Assembly: GCF_006345805.1 (NCBI RefSeq)
Contig: NC_043005.1
Location: 27,962,001-28,026,000, forward strand
Direction of reading: 5' to 3'
DNA from: Octopus sinensis
Taxonomy: Eukaryota
Length of the DNA: 64,000 nt
The position numbers and the translations under genes were made by a program. Below are positions 1 through 12,086 of this stretch, one piece after another. The notes beneath the pieces were generated by a model. The model ran no database searches. It was not told the DNA's origin and was given only the letters and a program-made list of their open reading frames with translations. Position 1 is the stretch's first letter, and the number at the start of each line of letters is the position of its first letter.

Positions 1-287
1 TCAGAACAGTAATCGATTTTAAAACAGCTCTCTTTATTTTGTATCATCTTAAAACAATAATTTTCATGAAAAGAAAAATTTTAATTTACTTTGTTATTTA
101 AGCTCCGTTATTCAATAATTTGATTTAACATTGGCAGTTTTTAATAAAGTCTTTTAAATTTAAATTATAAAAATATTGAGCGCAAATAAGTTAACTGGTA
201 TATTTCTATAAACTGACAAAATGTTTCTAAAAATATAATTACTAATATACTTTGTAGAATTCTAGAAGTGAATATGAAATTAATTAC

Positions 288-975
288 ATAATTTCTAATT
301 TGGCACAAATCCAAAAATTTTGAGGGGAGGGGTGGATGTCAGTCAATTAAATCAACTCCTAGTGCTTGACTGGTACTTTATTTCATCAAGTTTGAAAAGA
401 TGAAATGCAGAGTTGACCACAATGGAATTTGAACTCAAAACATAAAGTCCCATAATTAAATACTGTTTTAACAATTCTGCCAATCTATCACCCATAGTAA
501 TGGTTTCTTATTTAGTCCCAAGACCAACAGTTCTCAGAGGAGAAGTTTAGTTGATTACATTGGTTCCAGTACAGGGCCAGTACTTTATTTTATTGATCCT
601 GGAGGGAAAACAAAAAAGTAAAGATAACCTCACCAAGATTTGAACTCAGAACACAAAGAGCTGCAACAAATATTACATGCTCTAACAATCCCACCAGCTC
701 ACCACCTTTTTGTCACTCTTAATAATAATTTCTAATTTAGGCACAAAATCAACAATTTTGAGAAGTGGGGCTCAATCTCAGTACTTGACTGATAATTTAT
801 CAACACCCTGCAGAAGAATGAAAGGTAAAATTAAGCTTGCAGGAATTTGAACTCTGCAGGCAAAGAACTGAAGAAAATATGGCAAAAGTATTTTCTTCAA
901 CACACTAATGATCCAGCCAATACACCAGCTTTAATATTTTCTAACATTGGCACAAATCCAGACATTTGGTGGAGG
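288..975 (-). mobile_element. Head-to-tail chain of 3-4 decayed tRNA-derived SINE copies (Nin/Deu-like central domain)
   Basis: Blocks at about 288-495, 500-710, 722-933 and a partial at 935-975 each resemble the better copy at 58708-58924 (ggcacaa...actggtac...gatgaaa...gaatttgaactc = reverse complement of B-box GAGTTCAAATTC). Confidence 0.7.
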
Positions 976-1489
976 AGTGGGGACTTTTATATTCTCAAAG
1001 CTGCATTGAACAAGTGCAATCTAACATGACCGCATTAATATCGTTTCCATTAAATTTTCTTGTATATTAAATATACATTTATATCTAATATAATTACACT
1101 TTTCTATATATTTATGACACAGTAATATATAATTATATTAGATGTATATTTAATATACAAGAAAATTTAATGAAAATGGTATTACAAGTTTTAAAGCGAG
1201 AAATAAAAATATAAACTTACTTCTTTCAATTATTTTCAAACTTCACATGAATGGTGGTGCACTGTTGCCAAATTTTCATTACACTATGAATTTAGCACAA
1301 TTATATGTATTTATGCTACGCAGGAAATTTCTGTATTTGCATAAAAGTGCAAATGAAAATTTCCTGTTTATGGAAATTTTTCTAGCAATTTAAGAACATT
1401 AGAATAAATACTGTGTAATGAATGATTTTTTTTCCTTTTTAATACAAAATCGACTTCTTCCTGAAGGCTGTACTATTTATGGTTCATAG

Positions 1490-1960
1490 GATTTCCACTC
1501 TTGTTACAGTCAATTTAATTGATCCCAGCACTTGGCTGATACTTATTCCATCAAACCCTGAACGGTGAAAGGCAAAGTCAAACCCATCAAGATTTGAAGT
1601 AGGAATGTAAAGAAGCGTAACTAAATAGAAATCTTTCAGCTTAGCACCCTACCATCTCAGCCACTGTGCCACCTTTTAATCTGTCTTAAAAAGGGATTTC
1701 AAAGTTTTGTATAAGGTAGTCAGTTTAGATGTCCCAGTGTATTACTGGTACTTATTTATTAACACTATAAAGATGAAATGTAAACTTGACACAACAAGGG
1801 ATGTAGTTAAATAATGCAAGATAGTTTGGCACTTCACTGTTGCTGTTGAGTGGCAGACAATGTATCTTGTGGTATTTAGTTCTGGTACTTTATGCTTTGA
1901 GTTCAAATCATTCAGGATCCGACTTTACCGTTCGTTTTTTGGATCTTGATATTATGAAGT
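1490..1960. mobile_element. Further decayed copies of the same SINE family (two minus, one plus)
   Basis: tgaaaggcaaagtc...gatttgaagtagg near 1565-1600; gagttcaaatc...gactttaccgttc...gtaccag at 1898-1965. Confidence 0.55.
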
Positions 1961-2837
1961 ACCAGTGTTGGTTACCTTGACTACTACTGCTCTCCAAAAG
2001 ATGTGTCCTTGTTGCTCTATTTAATACAATCACTAAAGACTTTTAGATAGCTCATGATCACCATTGAGCAAGGGGAAAATGTCCCCCTCAAAGCAAAACT
2101 GAATTATAGATTTAATTACTGGTGTGCCATTTTACATTTACCTTGTTTTCAGAAGAGACATGAACACCACAAAATCATTTCTCTTCCCTTAAAAGATATC
2201 TTTGGACGTAATCAAAAAGAAACTTGATCTACACTGATATTCCCCACAAATAAACAAGTTTATAATAGAAGGACAAAATGTGATGTAATCCTTATGACTT
2301 TGTCAAAATTTGTCATTGTTATCTACTTCTGCTGTACATTGATGACACTGCAACAAAAGTCTTTCCAGTTAAGTGCAAATTCTCTCCTCAGATGAAACCA
2401 TATTGTTACTTCCGTCCGGTTTTCTTATGGTATTTTCTTAGCAGAGACATTGGGGTGGTTTGCCATTGGCTTCCCCAACTGGATGGCCATTGAAGCCCAT
2501 CTGCCCTACTTTGTTTTTAGTCCTGCTGGGTGGCCAGATACCAACAACGTTTTGGTATCTGGACAGCCTTTCTTCTTAAGGAAAAAAAATGTCTAAAAAG
2601 TTCATATTGTAAGATTATTGCTATGTTTTGCAGTGCCATATTTTCAATAAAAACATTCACAAGTTCTGAGTAACTTCAGCTTTTGGCTAAAGCATCAGAA
2701 TTTCTTTCTTTCTCCATCATACAATTCTTTTCAGATCTTTTTGCTTTGATTCATAGGATCCAATTTTAAAGAAAATTTCTAACAGATGTAGTTTTGCAAG
2801 CTAATAGTGAAAACCACAACTGTTTTTTTAGATAATT

Positions 2838-3350
2838 ATCATCATCATCATCGTTCAATGTTTGTTTTCCATGCTGACATGGGTTGGACGATTCGACTGG
2901 GGTCTGGAAAGCCAGAAGGCTGCACCAGGCCCCAATGTGATCTGATAGTGTTTCAACAGTTGGATGCCCTTCCTAATGCCAACAACTCAGAGAGCGTAGA
3001 GGGTGCTTTTTACATATCACCGGCAAGGGGCCAGAGGAGCTGGCATCGACCATGATTGGATGGTGCTTTTTACGTGCCACCAGCACAGAAGCCAGTCAAA
3101 GCGGCACTAGCAGCAGCCACCTTTGGATGGTGCCCTTTATATGCTACTGGCACGGGGGTCACAGCTACAATTTCCATTTGATTTGATTTTGATATTGCTG
3201 TTGGTGTTGATGTACTTAACTCAATAGGTCTCCTCAAGCACGGCATGTCGCCCTACGATCCAAGGTACTATTGAGTGGGCTGGTTACATGACACTGGTGT
3301 AGGTTACAGCTGTGGACTCACTTTATTTGCCAGGTCTTCTCAGTCACAGT
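2838..3350 (-). mobile_element. RTE LINE 3'UTR fragment with (GAT)n tail
   Basis: catcatcatcatcg...ttccatgctgacatgggttggacg...ggatgcccttcctaatgccaac is the reverse complement of the 3' end of the RTE at 12150-12330. Confidence 0.8.
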
Positions 3351-3898
3351 CAATTAATAATAAAAGAAGTTTCAAAATAATAACGACTGAAATTTTTTGA
3401 AATTTTAGCTAATCAGATTCGTTCATTCTCAACATTACAGAAATTCATAATTTGTTATTTGTGCTTACTCCCAAACCAATAAGATGAAGCTATCATGGGC
3501 ATTGGGTTAGTTTGATGGTTTAGAGCTGGAGTTTAGGGTGTAGGATTGGGGTTTGCTATGCATCATAAAAATTTCGTTGTAAATGTTAATGTGTCATTTT
3601 CTTTCATTAAATATTTTCATCTTCAAAGGTTTTGTTCAAAACAACAAGCTGTAATTTTCATAACAGCACATCTTGAAGGAAAAGCTAAAAACATGACACT
3701 TTCCATAATGTCACTAAGGCATATTGAAAGTGGATGCAACTGGTTAGCTAAAATTACAAAACATTTCAATCTTTAAAGGTTTATATTCAACAGCACAGCT
3801 GATGGGTGGTGGCCAATTGGGGCAGTCCACCTCAGGTGGCACTTTTATGGGAACAATGCTTTTGGGACTACTGAATGCATACATACATACATACATAC

Positions 3899-4095
3899 GT
3901 GAAGACAGTTGCATCAAGAAGTACCAATCTTTTGTTGTGGAGGGAATGTGTGGAAGGGGTAGACCCAGGAAGACATGGGACAAAGTGGTAAGATAAGATC
4001 TTCACATGTTGGGCTTCACTGAGGGAATGACAGGGGACTGAGACTTCTGGCAGTTTGCTGTGGTTGAGAAGACATGTCAAGCTAAGCCTGTATAG
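3899..4095 (+). mobile_element. RTE LINE ORF2 C-terminal fragment
   Basis: Translates EDSCIKKYQSFVVEGMCGRGRPRKTWDKVV, matching RTE ERCVKKCHSQTVEGIRGRGRPRKTWDEVV at about 11780-11870. Confidence 0.8.
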
Positions 4096-4574
4096 GAAGC
4101 GATGTGACGGGGGGTGGATTCAAAGGCTGCTCTGAGTTTCACACAATTTATCAATGTCACCATTTATATTATTAATTTTTCTCAAAAAAATTATTGTGAT
4201 TTTCATTATTGGTCTGAAAAAATGTATAAAAATCAGATCCTGTTTATCAAAATGAAAAGAATTTTGAATTCTCCAATTCACCAGTTCAGACCAAAATTCT
4301 CACAAAACAAATTTTAAAAAGCTGAAATATATCATAGCATAACATGTTACAATAAACACATTATAATACACTAAATTACCAATTGTATCAAAGAGAAATT
4401 TATGCCATGTTTGGATCTAGAAATAATCTTTAGATAGGTAGACATCTTAAATTCTTTTATCATGAATTTGTTTCTTAGAATAAAACTAATCAATAAATAT
4501 ATTAATGCAACAGATTATATATAACCAATAGAAAAAGGTATGACAGGGAAAAACTGGGAAGTTAAGAAGTTCAT

Positions 4575-4925
4575 TTTGCAACCAGATGGTTTGGGGTTCA
4601 GTTCCATGGCATGGCACCTTAGGCAAGTGTCTTCTACAATAATATTGCCCAACCCATGCCAGGATGGAAAATGAACATTAAATGGTGATGATGATGATGA
4701 TGTATTTATGTGTGCCTTTGTACTTGTGCTTGTCCTCCTCCTCTGCTTGACAGCCAGTGTTGGTTTGTTTGCTTCCCAGTAACTAAGCAGGCAGGCAAAA
4801 CAGACTGATAGAATAAGTAGTAGTTTTCAAAAAAAAAAAATAAATAATAATAATAAGTACTAGAGTTGATTTATTCAACTAAAACTCTGCAAGACAGTGC
4901 CCCAGCATGACCAGAGGATCAAAAG
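4575..4925 (+). mobile_element. Decayed tRNA-derived CORE-like SINE with an internal RTE-tail piece
   Basis: ggttcagttcc...ggcaccttaggcaagtgtcttctac and 3' part agaataagt...gagttgatttattcaactaa...ccagcatg match the SINE at 13667-14078. Confidence 0.6.
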
Positions 4926-5408
4926 AGAGATAGTTTATCTCTAACTATATTATAGTTCTCATGGCATTCAGAATTTATTCAAACATTCTATTAAATAGCG
5001 CTGTATTAAAACAAACTAACTTACATATCAGCTGTGGCGTTTGTGTTGTTAATACAAGAGAGGACCACCTAAATGTTTCCGTTAGTTTATAATATTAAAA
5101 AAAAAGGACGCTCACTTTATCATGTAATTGCTTAAACTTCTACTGCTTAACCAGTGATAGTGACACTTTCATTTGTAAAACCTAGATAACCAAAAGGTCA
5201 GCTTAAGCATTTCAAATTGCACTTAATTGCAATTAACATATATGTTAAATTATGTAACAGCTGTCCTATACATTCACTAAAAAACTTTAATATTAAGTGA
5301 CATTCACAGCATACAAAATACACAGGTGGCAGGGCACTCCTTGAGCTAGAACCACTGCACATAAACATATCTATATAAACATTTCAGTACATAAGAAGCT
5401 CATATATA

Positions 5409-5414
5409 TGTGTT

Positions 5415-5469
<55 letters not shown>

Positions 5470-5557
5470 GCACATAAGAAGCTCATATGTGTATATATAT
5501 ATATACATATATGTGTGTTTGTGTCTATCTATCTATCTATATCTATCTATCTATCTA

Positions 5558-5638
<81 letters not shown>
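5409..5638. repeat. Compound microsatellite (TA)n/(TCTA)n
   Basis: Directly visible; source of the [14 protein letters not shown] pseudo-ORFs. Confidence 0.97.
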
Positions 5639-6981
5639 GAGGGCTGGGCATGCCGTGGTTGATGATGCGCAGACACGCGCTGAGACTGCGACATCTCTGG
5701 CTCTATGTAGACGACGGTGAACAGGTGTGGTCGCCGTTTGTGAGGCACGCTTTCCCGCAGCTCGTCTCCATGACCGAACTGCAGTCGTGGATCAAAAAGA
5801 GGCCGAGGAAGGGCGATTGGCACCGCGAGTGTCGTGTTGCTCTCAAGCAACTCTGCCGTCCCGGGTCGACCTTGAGTGACTTCAACACAACCAAAGCATT
5901 CTATAGGGGATTAGTGGAGGGGAGGTACGACGACGAGCTCGGGGCGAACCTGGACGTCGACGAGGAGTACCTGACCCGCCTGTTCAGGACGACTTTCGGG
6001 CCAGGGCCCATGGACAACTTCCAGAGATCCCTGGCCTGGCAGTGCTACCGAGAAGCGCTACCCGTTCGGGATAAGCTCTACAGACACGGCTCGAGAAACA
6101 CGGGGCCGACCTGCCTGAGATGCGGTCAGAGCGACGAAACCGTTCTGCACGCACTCGTGCAGTGTCCAACAATTTCCGACCTGTAGGCTTATGTCGAACA
6201 ACTGCTGTCACGTGTGGGATGAGTCGGTTTATCAGCTGAGTCTATCGTCAATATTGTCACGCCTCCTTCCTTCAAACGGGAAGGAAGAGCTATTTTCATC
6301 ATCCTTGTGGCTATGGCGAAAGAATGTATCTGGTGGACGCGTCTGAAAGGATTGGAGACAAACACTTTCCTCTCTGGTCAATCTCTCATCAACTTCTTCA
6401 AGTACCACTTGAAAAGGAAAGTGAGAGTAGAGAGGCAAGTTTTGTCTAGCGAATGTTTTAAAAAAAGATGGGTGAATGTAGCAAGGATGGCACGTATGAA
6501 TGACGAAGCCACCTTGAGCATAATCCTATGAACCCAGAAATTGAAAACAGAGGGTTACCCACTTGCAAACAAATGTGGTAACATATAACAATATTGACCA
6601 AGGTTACCGTGGTCTTTTTCGTAGGCTTTTCTTCCCACGGATAAACCTTACTTGCTTTCCCCTTTACACCATATATCATAACACTGTGATACACGATCCC
6701 TATTGATCGTTCTTTTTTTTCCTCTACCCCTTTTTTCTTCTTTTTTCATTTCTCTTTCCTTTTGTTCCCTTTCCTTTTCTTTTTTTTTCTTTTTATTCTT
6801 TTAATTTTATTCAATTTTTTTTTTTGTTCTTTTCTTCCCTTTTACGATCCCTCTTGATCAAAAACCTACGCCACACCCCTTTTTTTTCTTTTGTTTTTTG
6901 TTCTCTTCATCCCCCAAAAGAAAAGCTCTACCTTGTAACTTGTCCCATCTGTGTGCAGCCCTGTGTGGCCAATAAAGAAAC

Positions 6982-6985
<4 letters not shown>
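5639..6985 (+). mobile_element. 5'-truncated Tx1/L1-clade LINE (ORF2 C-terminus with zf-RVT, T-rich 3'UTR)
   Basis: GLGMPWL motif at the 5' end; CLRCGQSDETVLHALVQC CCHC zinc finger typical of L1/Tx1 ORF2; in-frame TAG at 6184-6186; homology continues to YHLKRKVRVER...KRWVNVARM; ends with AATAAAGAAA then (TA)n. Confidence 0.85.
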
Positions 6986-7042
<57 letters not shown>

Positions 7043-7045
7043 ATC

Positions 7046-7080
<35 letters not shown>

Positions 7081-7087
7081 ATCATAG

Positions 7088-7883
7088 CAATAATTCTAGG
7101 ATGGAATTTATAAATATTTAATACATCACTATGTACTAGAAAATTACTATTTTTAAATCTGTCAACGAGAGATATTCAGCAACAGTACTTTGGAGTAAAA
7201 TTTGTTTGCCATCATGACATGGCAGTCCTGGTTTAGGACGAATGTTGCTGTAATTTAGCCCCAGGAGACATTGTCTCCAGCTGGCTATATGACACGATCT
7301 GTGTCCTTATGTTTTTGAACAAGGGAATCTAGCACTCCCACTCAGCTTAAAACAATATCTGTGTATTGCGATGTCTCCTGAGGCTAAATTACAGCAACAT
7401 TCATCCATGTTATGTCTGCAAACAATCTTTACTACATCGCTATGTATGTTTCCATAAATCCCATGATTTTGACATCAGAGTCAGTATCTTTGGGATCTTG
7501 AGATTGGTACAGCATAGCCCGTATTATGTGTGAGCATGTGGTTGATCATCATCATAGGTTCATTTCATCAGGCGATAATTATTGGATGAATCACAGAGGG
7601 ATGTTCATCCCTTCCTGCCAATATGAAGGCCAATCTGACTATATAGCCAGATTAGCCTTCATATTGGCAGGAAGGGATAAACATCCCTCTGTGATTCATC
7701 CAATAAATATCGCCTGATGAAATGAACCTATGATGATCAACCACATGCTCACGCATAATATGGGCTATGCTGTACTGATCTACTGATCCCAAGGATACGG
7801 ACTCTGATGTTAAAATCATGTGCTTTGTGAAAACTTACATAGCGATGTATTAAATATTTGTAAATTTCATCCCAGAATTATTG
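7088..7883. mobile_element. Foldback/MITE element: spacerless palindrome 7433-7849 plus outer arms 7088-7135 / 7836-7883
   Basis: Centre ctatatag at 7639-7646; arms of about 205 bp pair with few mismatches and one 3-nt indel; outer right arm is the reverse complement of 7088-7135. Confidence 0.85.
7195..7432. mobile_element. Second MITE-like inverted repeat nested in the left arm of the foldback element
   Basis: gtaaaatttgtttgcc...gaatgttgctgtaatttagccccaggagacattg (7195-7274) versus cgatgtctcctgaggctaaattacagcaacattc...gcaaacaatctttac (7369-7432). Confidence 0.75.
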
Positions 7884-8050
7884 TTATTGTTATATTTATC
7901 CTACATCATATCGGTATAACCATGATGCAACCCTAAAAAACTGACTCACTGGTCAGTATCATTAGACAGTAGCCAGCATAATGATATAAGAGCTTTATTT
8001 GCATACCCTTAACGTTACCTTTAGCGAATTTGAAAGATATACATATCTAA

Positions 8051-8644
8051 AAGCAAAAATGCTTGTTCTAAAGTCTCTCTAAGAGATCAACGTAATAGTT
8101 GTAGTAACAAGTAATGTTTGTAGCCACTTCAACATGGCTGTTTGTTCGAACAGACTTTACTGTGATTTTTTAACCCCAAGAGGACATCTCATCTAGCTGG
8201 TTAATGATGCATCTGATATATTGCGAGTAGGGGAGCAAACCCCTACCACCTTCTAGCGACAGGACCAGCATACCAGCCTGGTTTTGGGCTATTTCTGCCT
8301 CTCTTCAATACTGGACACCTCGTCTGCTTGAGATGGTAGTAGTTTGCCTCTGCTTGCAATATATATGATTTCAAGCAACACAGTCACTGATTTTGCAACA
8401 AGCAAAAATGCTACTTCTAAAGTCTTTATAAGGGATCAATGCAGTAGTTGTACTATCAAGTAATGTTTGTAGCCACTTCAACATGGCTGTCCATTTGAAG
8501 GGTTCACTCCCTTGCTTGCAATATATCAGATGCAGCTGTGCATCATTAACCAGCTACAGAAGATATCCTCTTGTGGATTAAAAAAAATCGCAGGAAAGTC
8601 CATTCGAATGGACAGCCATATTGTAGTGGCTTTGAACATTACTT
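8051..8644. mobile_element. Two copies of a small MITE: complete copy 8458-8644 (about 42-bp TIRs), truncated opposite-orientation copy about 8108-8235
   Basis: TIR aagtaatgtttgtagccacttcaacatggctgtcc / ggacagccatattgtagtggctttgaacattactt; 8051-8140 and 8401-8490 are direct repeats. Confidence 0.75.
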
Positions 8645-8920
8645 ATACATATATAGGGAGAATTCACAAAAAAACAAAAGACGAAGACAGGTGGTGTAGA
8701 CAACAAACAGATGTATTAGTATAACGCTCGGGAAGTGAAAAAGTCTTTTAACATTTTGAGCCTATGCTCTTCCATAGAAAGGAACACAAAGAAACAAGGA
8801 GAGAAAATAAAGAATGTGCAGTGGCTAGTGATCTATCATGATACATACATACATTCATACATACATACATACATACATACATACATACATACATACATAC
8901 ATACATACATACATACATAC

Positions 8921-9085
8921 AGGCACAGGCTTCGGTATATACTAAGAAGTTTGCTTCTCAACCACTTGGGTCTGGGTTCAGTCCGATTGTGAGGCACCTT
9001 GGACAAGTGTCTTCTACTACAGCTCCAGGCCAACCAAAGTCTTGTGAGTAGATTTGATAGATGGAGACTGAAAAACACTTGTTGC
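8921..9085 (+). mobile_element. 5' half of CORE-like tRNA SINE after a (TACA)n tract
   Basis: aggcacagg...gggttcagtcc...ggcaccttggacaagtgtcttctactac...gtgagtagatttgatagatggagactgaaa. Confidence 0.75.
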
Positions 9086-9112
9086 ATATATATATATATG
9101 AATATATATATA

Positions 9113-9725
9113 TTTGAATGCCACGCATCCTCTTCCAAGTATGTTTTATCTTAATAATTCTGATGCACACTCTGTATGTTCTTTTTACTCTTTTGTTTCA
9201 CTCTCTTATTCTTTTACCTTCTCTTCTCCCACTATTCTATCCTATTACTTTGTTACTTTCTTTCCCTCATTCCTCCTCCCTTGCTCATGTGGCTCCCACG
9301 TGACAATTGGCCATCTTTTTTCTCCTTCTAACTTGTGTTTCTTTCTTTCTCTCTGTTGTAGCTGGAACAAGGAAGACATGTTCAAGCTTGATTTACGCCT
9401 TTGCCAAAATAAGCAGGAAGCAGCCCTTCCTGCTTGTTTTCACTGTCCTGTTTGTGTTACCAATTTTGACCCTCTGCAAAATCCCAAATTTGATTTAATT
9501 TGCCTTGCAGGAGCAACTGTTTTATCGAAAGCGTATATTGTTGTTAAATGCTCGAAATACGAGACTAGAAAAACAGCCAACAACTGATGAAGGATCTTTC
9601 TTTATGTTGTTTGTCTTGTTTTCCATTTGTGTCTTTCATTGTTCAAAAAAATAGTCCATATTCCATGTACTCATACTTTGTATTTTTTGTTGTACACATT
9701 TCATGACGTCCTGTGCCCACATATG
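9113..9725 (+). repeat. Interspersed repeat, possibly a decayed Penelope-like terminal repeat
   Basis: First 30 bp recur at 12502 and 12591; contains decayed hammerhead-like words (tcgaaagcgt, ctgatgaagg). Family assignment is inference. Confidence 0.35.
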
Positions 9726-9757
<32 letters not shown>

Positions 9758-12086
9758 CTTTAGGGACATACTCATCAAGAAATTTGATGAGAGGGAGGAG
9801 GAGCTTCAGACGTCAGACATAGAAGGTAGCTGGGAATTCCTACGGGACAGCTTGCTGAGTGCCACAGACCAAGTCTGTGGATGGTGCAAAGTCCCTTCCA
9901 GACCTAGAATTACGTGGTGGTGGAATAGTGCAGTAGATAAAGTTATCTGTGAAAAGAGACGGGCCTGGAAAGCCTGGAAGGATGGGGGCAGCAGGGAACT
10001 GTACCAGATAGCCAAAAGGGAGGCTGGGCGGCAGGTATACATTGCCAAAGATGTAGCAGAAAAGAAGAAGTTTGCCAATGTCCAGCGTCGCGAGGATCAA
10101 AGAGCTGAAGTATTTCGGATTGCCAGACAGTGTGTCAGAGAAAATAGCGATGTTATAGGAGAGAAATGTGTCCGCATGGATGATGGGGCACTTGCTTTTA
10201 CTACTAGTGAAAAGAAAGAGGCTTGGAGAAGCCATTATGAAAGACTGCTGAATGAGGAGAATGAATGGGAGGAGGAGAGCCTGCCAAATGTTGACCCAGT
10301 AGAGGGACCAGCTACCCGAATAGACAGCTCCCTTGTAGATAAGGCAATTAAGGATATGAAACCAGGCAAAGCCCCTGGCCTATCAGGAATCACTGCTGAG
10401 ATGCTTAAAACAGCTGGCTATGTGGGCTATGCCATAGTCACCCGCATTGTAAACCAGGTAGTTCACAATGGAGTCATACCCAATGACTGGTGCAGCAGCA
10501 CCATAGTCAACTGCTACAAGGGTAAGGGTGATGCTCTAGATAGAAATAACTACAGAGGTATCAAACTGTTGGACCAGGTGATGAAGGTCTCAGAGAAGGT
10601 CATAACCAATCTCATTAGGGAGAGAATTTGTTTAGATGAAATGCAGTTCGGTTTTGTACCAGGTAGAAGCACCACTGATGCTATATTCCTGGTCCGACAA
10701 CTGCAGGAGAAGTACCTAGCTAAAGATAAACCTCTCTACATAGCTTTTGTAGACTTGGAGAAAGCCTTTGACAGGGTTCCCCGTTCCCTTATCTGGTGGT
10801 CGATGCGGAAACTGGAGATTGAAGAATGGCTAATAAGGGCTGTACAGGCTCTATACAGAGAGGCTGTCAGCAAGGTTAGGATTGGCAACAAATATAGTGA
10901 AGAATTCCGGGTAGAAGTAGGTGTGCACCAGGGCTCAGCCCTCAGTCCCCTTTTATTCATCATAGTCCTTCAGGCAATAACAGAGGAATTCAAAACGGGA
11001 TGCCCCTGGGAGCTCCTCTATGCCCATGACCTAGCTCTCATAGCAGAATCACTACCGGAACTAGAAGAGAAATTTCGGGTGTGGAAGCAAGGGTTGGAAT
11101 CAAAGGGCCTTAGAATAAATGTAGCAAAGACCAAAGTATTAGTAAGCAGCAAGAGGTACTCAGCACACACCCCCTCGGGTAGGTGGCCCTGCTCAACCTG
11201 TAGGAAAGGTACAGGTAGAAACTCCATAAGATGCACCCAATGTAAGTTATGGACACATAAGAGGTGCAGCAACATTAAAGGGAAATTAACAGATAAGATA
11301 GCTTTCATGTGCGGCAGATGCACAGGGACAATAGACACAACAGACACTCAGAAAACAGATTCCATCACACTCCAGGGAGAGAAACTAGAAGTAGTTGATA
11401 GTTTTCGCTACCTGGGTGACCAAGTTAGTAGCGGAGGTGGATGCACAGAGAGTATCACCACTAGAATACGAATAGCCTGGGCAAAGTTCAGAAAGCTCCT
11501 ACCCCTACTGGCAACAAAAGGTCTCTCCCTCAGAGCAAAAGGTAGATTGTATGATGCATGTGTGCGAACTGCCATGCTTCACGGTAATGAAACATGGGCT
11601 GCAGAAGACATGCGTAGACTTGAAAGAAATGAAGCTAGCATGTTCCGCTGGATGTGTAGTGTCAGTGTGCACGCAAGACAGAGTGTAAGCATCCTGAGAG
11701 AAATGCTGGATATAAGAAGCATCAGATGTGGTGTGCAAGAGCGACGCTTGCGATGGTATGGTCATGTGCTGCGGATGGATGAAGAGAGATGTGTGAAGAA
11801 GTGCCACTCCCAAACAGTTGAAGGTATCAGGGGGAGAGGTAGACCCAGGAAGACATGGGATGAGGTAGTCAAGCATGACCTCAGAGCATTGGGCCTCACT
11901 GAGGCAATGGCGAAGGACCGAGATCTCTGGAGATATGCTGTGACTACAAAGACCCGGGCTGCTTTCTGCAGCAATTCCACATACCCCCTACCCATTCTAA
12001 GTACCCCGGATCCCCAAAGTACCCTGGATCCCCAAAGTACCCCGATCCCCAAAGTACCCCGGACCTCGTTGCCCCCGTGCCGCTGA
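9758..12086 (+). pseudogene. RTE ORF2 reverse transcriptase (about 775 open codons) with embedded PHD finger; catalytic YADD mutated to YAHD
   Basis: RT motifs KAPGLSGI, NYRGIKLL, QFGFVPGRSTTDAIF, FVDLEKAFDRV, GVHQGSALSP, LLYAHD (11019-11030), FRYLG, GRGRPRKTW. The first about 44 codons of ORF 9627 are flank/microsatellite. Confidence 0.9.

Noticed and set aside
1215-1384. Strong minus-strand donor GAA/GTAAGT near 1220
   Set aside because: No acceptor gives an open frame; likely chance in AT-rich DNA.
8735-8790. Hammerhead-like GAGC-AUAG-GCUC hairpin on the minus strand; similar relics at about 9500-9600, 39450-39680 and 50460-50540
   Set aside because: Core nucleotides are mutated (for example CUAUGGA and AAAA instead of CUGANGA and GAAA); at most decayed relics.
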